NCBI GenBank assembly: GCA_002269645.1 | Contig: NIVC01000045.1 | Coordinates: forward strand, 248,001 to 312,000 | Direction of reading: 5' to 3' | DNA: 64,000 nucleotides | Origin: Macrostomum lignano | Lineage: Eukaryota | Part shown: piece after piece, positions 53,401 to 64,000 of the stretch | Layout of the letters: each line of letters starts with the position of its first letter | Numbering within the stretch: the stretch's first letter is position 1 | Notes under the pieces: model-generated | What the model saw: only the letters and a program-made list of their open reading frames with translations | What the model was told of the DNA's origin: nothing | Databases searched by the model: none | Program-made: the position numbers and the translations under genes

Positions 53401-56400
53401 CTACAGCCGATGGCGGTTGAAATTTGGCCAGAGCCTGGCCGAGTCCCAGTTCGGCTGTAGTTGCATTGTCCGACAGGTCCCGGCTGATGTTGGTGACAAT
53501 AAGGTGTTGAGCAAGTTTTGAAACGCTAGCGTTAGCCAAAAGGGCGTCGTTGAGCAGAGAACGGGCCAGCAATAGCGCCATGGGCGAGTCCGGTTCAGCC
53601 AGGTAGTCCCAGGTAGCATTGGACAGAGGGAACTGCAGCTTCAGGTTGTAGTAGAGTACAGTTCTCGGCCTAGTAGTTGTTGCAATGGTTGATGCGGATG
53701 CTGGGCTAGTTGTGGTAGCGACCGTGATGGCGGTGGTGGCGGTGGTGTCGGTGCTGTCAGTGGTGGTTGCAGCGGCTGCAGAAGTGCCGGTTGTGGTGGA
53801 GTTCGTCACCAGCTGCGCAGGTTTGGTGACGCTATCAGGCTGCACGGAGATGTACACGCTGACATCCTGTACGTGAACTCCTTCGGACAGCACCAGCTCC
53901 CCGGAATTGAAGTAGAAGTTCTTAATAGCCAGTGCACTCTGGAATGCTCTAGTAGCTGTCGAAGCGACTTCAACTGACTTGGTCTGCGACACCACCGTGG
54001 CGGAGATGTTCATGCGCAGGCCTGGGATCGACAGCTGCGGCTGCTGCTGGCTGACGGCGACTCGAATGTTGGCGGCGGTCACCGCGGCGGAGCAGCTGTG
54101 CGGCACCACGTAGAGAGCGAACCAGTGCGCTGACTCGAGCGAGCTCTGGTACAGGTGGCAGGCGTACTTGGCCAGCTTGTCGGAGTCTGCAAGAGCAGCG
54201 GAGTTGCCGCTGATGAAGGTCACGGCCTGGTTCACGCGTCGGTAGCGAGTTGAAGAGCCGGGGCCGAGGCTGGCGGCAGAGCTGGAGCCGTGGAACGGTG
54301 CCGCAACTGCACGGGTGGTCAGGCGACTTGGCGACTCCACTGCCGCGGCCGCCTTCATCAAGATGCTGGTCGCTTGGTCAAATGGCAGAGAGCGGGATGA
54401 GCTCATGGTGACCAGGGCTTGAACTTCTAGCAGGTGTGTGGCGCTGGAACCGGTTGCCGGGCCCCACTGCAGCACTGCCAGCCGTTCCAGGTGAGTAGGC
54501 TGCTGCAGTTTCGGCGCCAACAGCTGACTCAGATAGGTCGCGAGTTCGAATCCTTGAGCAGGCAGCCTAGCGGATTCCACGGTGAATGAGTAGACTAAGT
54601 CGCACCAGAACGGCTGGCTGAGGCCCTCCTTTAAATCGACAACTCGAACGTCGGTTTTGCCGACACTGAACACACTGGGCACCAGGTTGATATCGTTCGC
54701 CAGCTGCTCGAGCCGCTGCATGACGTGCAGCTGCAGGCGCTGCTCCAGTTTAGCCAGCCGGAAGCCGGGCGGAATGGCCACCCGAGTCAGGGCCACAATC
54801 TCCAGAGCGCCGTCCTTCTTCGCGTAGGTGGCGTCAACGTCGAGGAACTGCGGCACCGAGGCGCTGCCACCGGGGAACACCTGTTGCATGACGTATCGAA
54901 TCTTGGGCCGCAACAGCAATGCCAGGTAGTCTGACGGCAGCGACATGAGCGACTTCTTGTTGATGTAGCTCTCCAGACGGAGGCGCTGGTAGAGCAGCAG
55001 GCCGCGATGAGGCGGTGGCGGGCCAGGCCGGAAGTCCAGGTACAGGATGCTGCGCAGAGTGCTGGCTGAGGGTTGCCGACGCTGCCAGGCTGAGGCAAAG
55101 TCGGAGCTGAACAGCTTCAGTCTGCTCGCATTCACCTGGCTGATGTCATATCTCAGCTGGAGCAGAGCCAGCTCCTTGTCGGCTTTGTAACGAATGAGTC
55201 GCGGCCGCCCAATCAACTGCTGGCTGCCGCAGGCGTCGGCGACCAGCTGCTGGAACAGGAAGTCCAACAGCAGGTCCTCCCTCGCGCTAGAGTCCATGCC
55301 GCCTACAGTTCTCAGTCGCAGGTAGTCTGGCGCGGTGTCCGCGAGTCTAATCAGCATGGTCTGGTCGATGGACAGGCGAGCTGAAGCAGGCGGCGGCTGA
55401 GGTGTTGCTACGGCAGGCTGAGGCCGGTACAGGTAGCGTCTGGTAGGTAAATTGACAATCAGCACTGAGTAGGCTCGCTTTGAGAACACTGTGCTCAGCA
55501 GCATAGACTGATCCACGCCAGTGCGCAGGACCGACTCTAAATCGGCAATGTTTCTACTGGCAGGCAGAAGCAAGTCAACGCTGATGTAGATGGTCATGCT
55601 GTTGGAGTCCACAGAGATTCTAACTGCGCCAATCTCATCGGAAGCAATCTGCCAAGCGGAACGTTGCAGACTCTGTTGAAGAGCTGACTTGAGCAGATAG
55701 TCGCTAAGGGCTTTGGCTTCTTCAGCAGAAGTTTGATTGGCGCTTTGAGGTGCCGCCGCTGCCAAGAAGTAGCGAGCTAGCCAGGGATCAGCTGGCATGC
55801 TCAAGTTGATGCTTAGAGTTGCCATGCGATCGATAGGAATGTAGTCAGGTCCCATCGGGTGCGGAGATGTCGGAGCTGGAGTTGTGGTAGCTGCAGCTGT
55901 AGCACCTTTAAGAGTCTGCTGGGTTGTTGGCAGAGGACCTCCGGGAGCTGGTGTAGCTTTTGCCTCATCAGTAGCAGCAGCAGTAGTAGTTGTTGCAGTA
56001 GTCGCTTCTGATGTTGCCACTGAAGTCTGGACAACGGTAGCCGCAGTTGTAGTTTCCATAGCAACTGTGCTGACATTGACAACCCGATGCTCTGGAGCCG
56101 GAGGCAGCTGCCTGATGATGAGGCTAGCATAGGAGTCCTCGCTGGAGTTGGGCCGCTGCTGATCCAGCTGCTGCAGGCGCATCCGGTCCAGATCGATGAA
56201 GGACTCATTGGATGACAGGTAGAAGTTCTTGAAGGCCCAGAAGCGCTGCATGACGGTGTCTGGCGGCATGCTGGTGAAGGCTGACACGGTTGACAGTTGC
56301 AAAGCAGCCGAGGTGGCATTGGACAGCGGATTGAGTCGAATTCGATGCTGCTCAACCAGATTAGAGACGCAGACTCCGCCTTCGCTATTGGTATTGAACA

Positions 56401-59400
56401 GAGCGTGAGCCCAGGTGATGAGGAAGCAGAAATACTCGCCGGATGAGTCGCTGCTCTGCCGGCTGAACGGCTGCAGAGCGGAGTGGCGCACCAGGACAGT
56501 CAGGTTCGCTGTGGACGGACCGTCACTTGTCGAGAGGACATTGTCAGACAGAGACCTGGCCGCGATCAGTCGCTTGTCGCTGGTAGCCGTGGCCGACCAG
56601 TTCAACAGTTGGACAGCCACCTGGGAGCAGCTGACGGCGGCGCCAGCCTGCGGCACCACTGCCAAGGCCTCGATGGTGCCAGACGGATCCGTGGGCAGCG
56701 ACAGAACGGTCACGTGACTGGCGTTGGCACCGAGCCAAGCCGACAGGCGATTGGCTACCGGCAGCCAGGAGGCGTCGGCGGCAGCTACGGCAATGTCGGC
56801 GGGCGAAGGACGGAACCGGAGCAGCAGGTCGCACCAGCGCGGAGCTGTCAGGCCAGTTCGAGTGTCCAGCAGGCGCAATGTGGAGCTCTGATTGTCAAAC
56901 ACCAGTGGAAACACGTTAACATTGGCTTGAAGAGCCTCAAGCTCAGAGTTGATCAGCTTGCTCAGCGAGGTCTCATCGAAATTAGCTCCAGTTGCTGAGA
57001 CTGCAGTTCTATTTGCCGGCCAGGCGATACGGCTGAGGCCATCAATTCGAATGCTGGCATCGAGCTGACGGCGGGCTCTGTACTCGAAGCTGACCAGCTG
57101 GGGCCGGCCCTGCTGGCCGGAGAAAATGACCGACTGGACGAAGCGCAGCTTGCCGGAGAGCAGGCGGTGAAGGTCGCTCTCGGGCATGGCCTGGGAGAGG
57201 GGGGGTGTTAGGGATGGACTGGGTTGAACTGCAGGCGAAATTCTGAACTACAAAGTCGCAAAGCTCTAATAATGTGCTTTCCGGTGCATGACCACTTCTC
57301 GGGTGTATGACCCCCTCCATGACTCCATGAACCACCTGATAGACATTATGACCCATCTGATACACTATGACCCACCTGATAGACAATATGACCCATCTGA
57401 TGGACACTATGACCCATATGATAGATACTATGACCCACTTGATATACACTCAATGACCCACCTGATATATACTCAATGACCCACCTGATAGACACTCAAT
57501 GACCCACCCGATAGACACACTGATCCACCCGATAGACACTATGACCCACCTGATATACACTCAATGACCCACCTGATATACACTCAATGACCCACCTGAT
57601 ATACACTCAATGACCCACCTGATATACACTCAATGACCCACCTGATATACACTCAATGACCCACCTGATATATACTCAATGACCCACCTGATATACACTC
57701 AATGACCCACCCGATAGACACACTGATCCACCCGATAGACACTATGACCCACCTGATATACACTCAATGACCCACCTGATATACACTCAATGACCCACCT
57801 GATATACACTCAATGACCCACCTGATATACACTCAATGACCCACCTGATATACACTCAATGACCCACCTGATATATACTCAATGACCCACCTGATATACA
57901 CTCAATGACCCACCCGATAGACACACTGATCCACCCGATAGACACTATGACCCACCTGATATACACTCAATGACCCACCTGATAGACACTCAATGACCCA
58001 CCCGATAGATACACTGATCCACCCGATAGATACACTGACCCACCTGATATACACTCAATGACCCACCTGATAGACACTCAATGACCCACCCGATAGATAC
58101 ACTGATCCACCCGATAGATACACTGACCCACCTGATATACACTCAATGACCCACCTGATATACACTCAATGACCCACCTGATATACACTCAATGACCCAC
58201 CTGATAGACACTCAATGACCCACCCGATAGATACACTGATCCACCCGATAGATACACTGACCCACCTGATATACACTCAATGACCCACCTGATAGACACT
58301 CAATGACCCACCCGATAGACACTCTGACCCACCTGATAGATACACTCAATGACCCACCCGATAGACACTCTGACCCACCTGATAGACACTATGAAACACC
58401 CGATAGACTATGACTCACTCATTCGACAGACACTATGACTCACTCATTCGACAGACACTATGATTCACTCATTCGACAGACACTATGACTCACTCATTCG
58501 ACAGACACTATGACCCACCCGATAGACTGACCCACGCGATACTCTATGACCACCAGATAGACGCTCAATAAACCCCCGATAGATTATGACCTAATAGATA
58601 GACTATGACTTCCATGGACTCGAATGACCCACCCGATAGACGCTATGACCCACTAGGTAGACTATATGACCCACTCAATGAACTTCATGATAAATGAAAA
58701 TCAAATAACTATGAAAAATAGGCCTCACCTGCAGAGTGGCATTGCTAACAAAATTCCGCAACAAGTAGGTCTGCAGCATGAGTGCGCTGTTGAACAGTCC
58801 AGAAGCGGTTGGCTGGCCCGACAATCGAAGATCCGACAGTCTCACAAAGCTAAATAGCGGCATTTTATCGGCAGTAGCCGATGCCTCATCAGACAGTCTG
58901 GCCAGAGGCGACTTGGCATCCAGAGCTACCAGAGCGTCTAGCCGAGCCAGTTTAGAATCGGATTTGTATCTGACAGCCACTGGCCAAGACACGAGCCGCC
59001 CTCCGAGCAGATCTACTAGCATCTGTTCGAGCAGGAATTGCAGCCGGTTGGCGCCGCTAGATTGCGGATTAGTTGGCCAGCTGCGATAGGCCAACGGCGC
59101 GGATGCATTGACGGAGACCAAGCGCCACAGGATGGTCAGGCGGACCGGGGCGATGCTGGTTGACCCCATCACTGGCGGTGGCCGGCTGAAATAGGTCGAC
59201 GTTGCGTAGCGATAGATTATTGAAGAGGCCGGGATCTGTTGAGGCGGCAGAGTGGGCACAATGTCGGCGCGTAGGTCCACCGGTTGAAGCAGGGAGTCGC
59301 CGGATAGAGAGGCTGTTAGAGCTGTCAGGGTGATGTCGTGCATACCGGGTGATGTAGCATTGCTGCTGCTGCTGCTGTGGTTGCTGCACAATATCATGGC

Positions 59401-62400
59401 CGTGATCTGCGAGCGATAATAAGGTAGTTTTGAAATGGATTATAGTCATTGTGGCTAACAGTCTTTTAGTGTAAAAATTGGTTTCAAATGGTGCAAAAAG
59501 CAGCGTCAGGGAAAACCTCAGTAAGTGTCAGGGAGAATCTCAGTAGGTGTCAGTGAGAACCTCAGTAAGTGTCAGGGAGAACCTCAGTAAGTGTCAGGGA
59601 GAACCTCAGTAAGTGTCAGGGAGAACCTCAGTAAGTGTCAGGGAGAACCTCAGTAAGTGTCAGGGAGAACCTCAGTAAGTGTCAGGGAGAACCTCAGTAA
59701 GTGTCAGGGAGAACCTCAGTAAGTGTCAGGGAGAACCTCAGTAAGTGTCAGGGAGAACCTCAGTAAGTGTCAGGGAGAACCTCAGTAAGTGTCAGGGAGA
59801 ACCTCAGTAAGTGTCAGGGAGAACCTCAGTAAGTGTCAGGGAGAACCTCAGTAAGTGTCAGGGAAAAACCTCAGTAAGTGTCGGGGAAGCACCCCAGTAA
59901 GTGTCAGGAGAGCACTTCCTTTAGTGTCAGGAGATCGGAGCACCTCGTTTAGTATCAAGAGTGCACCTCATTCAGTGTCAGGAAAGCACATCATTTAGTG
60001 TCAGGAGAGCACCTCATTTTGTGTCAGGAAAGCACCCAAGTACGAGCTAAGTGTCAGGAGAGCACCTCATTTAGTATCAGGGAGGCAACTCATTTAGTGT
60101 CAGGAGAGCACCTCATTTAGTATCAGGGAGGCAACTCATTTAGTGTCAGGAGAGCACCTCATTTAGTATCAGGGAGGCAACTCATTTAGTGTCAGGAGAG
60201 CACCTCATTTAGTGTCAGGAGAGCACCTCATTAAGTGTCAGGAAAACACAACATCAAGTGTCAGGAGAGCACCTCATTAAGTGTCAGGAAAACACAACAT
60301 CAAGTGTCAGGAGTGCACCTCATTTAGTGTCAGGAGTGCACCTCATTTAGTGTAAGGAGAGCACCTCATTTAGTGTCAGGAGAGCACCTCATTTAGTGTC
60401 AGGAGAGCACCTCATTTAGTGTCAGGAGAGCAACTCATTAAGTGTCAGGAAAACACAACATTAAGTGTCAGGAGAGCGCCTCATTTAGTGTCAGGAGAGC
60501 ACCTCATTTAGTGTCAGGAGAGCAACTCATTTAGTGTCAGGAGAGCACCTCATTTAGTGTCAGGAGAGCAACTCATTAAGTGTCAGGAAAACACAACATT
60601 AAGTGTCAGGAGAGCGCCTCATTAAGTGTCCGCGAAGCACCTCATCAAGTACCAGGTGTCAGGTAAAAATCTCATTAAGTATCAGGAAAGCAACAACAAA
60701 ATACAATCTGTCAGACAACTCACCCTACACGTGTCGCCAGCCCGACAGTCCTTGGCAGTCAAATCGACATCTTCAATATCGCGCAGACCGGCGCGCCGCA
60801 GGGCAGCATTGAGGCCGCTAGTCAGCAGGTAGTCACCGATGCGGCCGCCGTACAGCAGCTTGGAGCTGACGGTGAACACCAGCCGAAGTGCATGGTTGGC
60901 ATCGAGATCGGCGGTGCTGCCGTCTGGTTTTTTCGGCGTTGGAGTCGGACTCGGCGTTGTCGCCGGCCCCGGCGTGGCAGTGGCGGCAGCGTTGCAGGAG
61001 CGACGCTCAACATTGGCCGCGGAGTTCAAAGTAGTCAGGGGTCCAAAGTCGCCGCTGATTAAACGGATTGAACGAACAAATCGAGCGTTGAAGTCGGCGG
61101 CGTCGGAGCTCTTGAAAGAGTCGTTAACAGCGTACGACACTTTGACGTCGATGACAGCAACAGCAGCGTTGGAAGTTTTGCCAGCGACCTGATGCGACAC
61201 GCTCAGCGACAGATTGCTAGTCAAGGATCTGTACTCGGGCTTGTCAATCTGAGATACCGCAGCGATGAGAAAAAATCTAATTAGGCCGGTGGTCAGGTCA
61301 GGCCGGCTTATTGGCACCTGTGCTAGAAGAGATTGTCGGTCTAAGCTGAGCTGGAACTGCTGTCTCAGGATGCTTACAGAGCCGGCCAGCTTAGCTGTTG
61401 CACAGAGCCTGGTTAGCAGGGTCAGGTCATTGTCAGGCGCTGGTTTGCCGTTGCCGCCGTTGCCGCAGTCGGAGCTGTAAGCGGACACAGGCTGTGACAG
61501 GCGTACACTAGCCAAGCCCAGGTGCTTCCTGACCAGGTAGGCATTGATGTTGCGCTGCAGGCCGGACTGCAGCACCAGTGGATAGCGGAGCAGTGCCGGG
61601 TGGCGAGCTTTCAGTTTGATGGACAGATCAACAACCAGACGCTTGGGCTGGGCGCTGCAGGACACTGACCGGATGTGCACGTATGCGCTGCTGTGATTGG
61701 CTGGCACAAACAGGTGAGCGGTGCTGTTGCTCCTAGCTAGGGAGGCCAAGATATCTCGAGTTTCAATCACGCGCCTGCTATTGTCGGCGCGCACCGAGGC
61801 GATGGTCTCGCATTGAGGCGGCCGGATGTCGGCAGACTCGCTCAGGCTGATGTTGACAGACACGGAGGCTGAGATGTCGTAGCAGGCGACGCAGCTGGCG
61901 GCCAGTTGAGTAGCCGGTGGGCTGGCAAAGTTCAGATAGTTCAAACAGCTGGGCGCCGCTCCCTGCCTCTGCACGCCATAATCGTCGCTGTGACGGGACA
62001 GTTGAGCATAGCGCTGAGCAATATCCGAGTCCAACATGAGCCAATCGGTAGTTGGATTGTCTACGCGAAGGCGAAAGTCAATGATGAAGGCTAATAGGCG
62101 AGAGTTGGACTGCAGGATGATTGGCAAAGGTGCACCGCCGCTGAAAATCAGGCCGCTGCTGGTTGCATTGCTGGCAGGTGCAGTGGAGTTGAACCTGCTA
62201 GACGGCATGAAGAACAGCCGGTCGGTGAGGCGGTGCAGATCCGCCGGTAGTCCAGCAGCCGCAGTCGCTGCTGCATCCTGCGCGCTAGCTAAGTTTCTAC
62301 AGGCGCTCTCGGATTTGTCCAACCTCAGGGCGCCGAAAAAGTGCACAGTCTCCTCTTTTGAAGGCTGGCAGGCGCCAAACAGGTAGTGATATTCGACTCT

Positions 62401-62880
62401 AATGTCGGAGAACTGTCTGAAATTGAAGTGCGTATCAGCGGCGCGAGTCTCTGCGGCCATAAACAGGTGCTGCTGGAACACGTGGCTGCAGTGGTCGGAG
62501 TCTGCTGGCGAGTTCAGCTCAACAATGAGATCTCGCATCCCTAACTGGGTGCCGTTGGCTTCCAGCCAGGCAGATGACGCGTCATGCACCCATAGCTTGC
62601 CGGGGAAGACGGTTGCTAGGAGGTGGCGGAGCTCGTACAGGCCGGCAGTTGTGAGGCCGTCGGGACCGGAGCGCAGCGCAGCTGCTGCCCAGCTTCTGGT
62701 CTCCGGGTCTTGGCGAAGCGGCAGTCGGATGTTCAACAGGCGGTTGTACATGGGATAGGCCACGCTGGGATCCGGTGGTCGCTCGCAAACTCCAGACGCT
62801 AGCAGGCCGACCGGAGCACCGGTCAGGAAGACGATCAGGATTGGCCATAGACGATGGCTGTCGGCCAGATGATTGGGCAT
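50454..62880 (-). CDS. Giant type I membrane mucin-like protein with multiple SEA-like domains (~3120 aa); exons 62880-60724, 59406-58729, 57190-52073, 51866-50454
   Basis: N-terminal hydrophobic signal-like segment (MPNHLADSHRLWPILIVFLTGAPVGLLA), Thr/Ala/Pro-rich linkers, membrane-proximal SEA-like domain (FPDDLRNSSS...YSPGSILV), TM IAIYCILGVACLLLLILSTLLII followed by RLYRMRR, and tail ending SQV*. All three introns are GT-AG phase 0 and each exon length is divisible by 3. Confidence 0.85.
51936..52028. repeat. Short GAGCCATGGCATCTCAGCAA repeat in mucin intron 3
   Basis: Three copies; same family as 6361-6672. Confidence 0.8.
57290..58672. repeat. 23-bp (GACCCACCTGATATACACTCAAT)n, mucin intron 2
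   Basis: Directly visible. Confidence 0.95.
59512..60680. repeat. 22-bp (ACCTCAGTAAGTGTCAGGGAGA) grading into 23-bp (GTGTCAGGAGAGCACCTCATTTA) minisatellite, mucin intron 1
   Basis: Directly visible. Confidence 0.95.
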
Positions 62881-62987
62881 GTTCTGGCTGCCCAACGAGT
62901 CCGCTCTCGGTAGATGATCTGGGGAAGGGTGGGTGACGGAGTCAAGATATTTTTGACTAAATAGACTGAAGAACTGAGGAAGAGGGT

Positions 62988-63702
62988 AGCTGCAACCCCA
63001 ACTGACTGAAGCCCAGAGGAAGAGAGGCTGCAAACCCAACTGACTGAAGCCCAGAGGGAGAGAGGCTGCAACCCCAACTGACTGAAGCCCAGAGGGGGAG
63101 AGGCTGCAACCCCAACTGACTGAAGCCCAGAGGGAGAGGCTGCAACCCCAACTGACTGAAGCCCATAGAGGGAGAGAGGCTGCAACCCCAACTGACTGAA
63201 GCCCATAGAGGGAGAGAGGCTGCAACCCCAACTGACTGAAGCCCACAGAGGGAGAGAAGCTGCAACCCCAACTGACTGAAGCCCACAGAGGGAGAGAGGC
63301 TGCAACCCCAACTGACTGAAGCCCATAGAGGGAGAGGCTGCAACCCCAACTGACTGAAGCCCATAGAGGGAGAGAGGCTGAAACCCCAACTGACTGAAGC
63401 CCAGAGGGGAGAGGCTGCAACCCCAACTGACTGAAGCCCACAGAGGGAGAGAGGCTGCAACCCCAACTGACTGAAGCCCATAGAGGGAGAGAGGCTGCAA
63501 CCCCAACTGACTGAAGCCCACAGAGGGAGAGAAGCTGCAACCCCAACTGACTGAAGCCCATAGAGGGAGAGAGGCTGCAACCCCAACTGACTGAAGCCCA
63601 CAGAGGGAGAGAAGCTGCAACCCCAACTGACTGAAGCCCAAAGGGGGAAAGGCTGCAACCCCAACTGACTGAAGCCCAGAGGGGGAGAGAGGCTGCAACC
63701 CG
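62988..63702. repeat. ~38-40 bp GCTGCAACCCCAACTGACTGAAGCCC-based minisatellite upstream of the mucin ATG (probable 5' UTR intron)
   Basis: Directly visible; it explains the spurious N-terminal part of ORF 60682..63561. Confidence 0.93.
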
Positions 63703-64000
63703 AACAGACAGAATATTATTGAAACAATTGAAACAAGATTTTCAGAAACAATCAATCTGAAATATTATCTTCTACTGTTAAAAATAAACAAAAAAATTAT
63801 ATAAATTCACTCTGTACAAAAATAGAAAGTTCCAATCTAAATGACTAGTGTGTACAATGCAAATACAAAGTTTGGATAATACAAGCTATAAAGATAAATG
63901 AAGTTGCGAGGAAAACAATAAATTAAAAATCTGCAATCTAATGCACTCCACAACCTATACAGGATCACAGCCCACAAATCCGGCCAATGTACTATTATCG

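Noticed and set aside
50522-57479. Numerous plus-strand and alternate-frame ORFs overlapping the mucin, PWP2 and LINE ORFs
   Set aside because: They are shadow ORFs of GC-rich coding sequence without independent motifs.

Overview
Eukaryotic (animal) genomic DNA with GC-rich exons and introns almost all filled by minisatellites. This style resembles free-living flatworm (Macrostomum-type) assemblies, which is inference and not proven. I assembled these genes by hand from GT-AG junctions with consistent phases: PHAX (+), PWP2 (+), an intronless ADF/cofilin (+), an atypical LIV-1-type ZIP metal transporter (-), an RDL-like GABA-gated chloride channel (+, M4 exon not found), an orphan gene nested antisense in RDL intron 4, and a ~3120-aa single-pass multi-SEA-like mucin-type protein (-). 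Mobile elements are a CpG-eroded piggyBac relic, a CORE-SINE-like fragment, and a full-length LOA/R1-like non-LTR retrotransposon (34275-40033, -) with a 13-bp target-site duplication. The main discovery is that the first nucleotide of this retrotransposon is G1 of a complete HDV-like self-cleaving ribozyme fold (39782-40033, -) with a compensatory A-U/C-G P1.1. The ribozyme is followed by a structured leader and a splice-acceptor-like pyrimidine tract, and lies downstream of a nested antisense gene that could supply read-through transcription. No CRISPR, rRNA or tRNA genes were seen.
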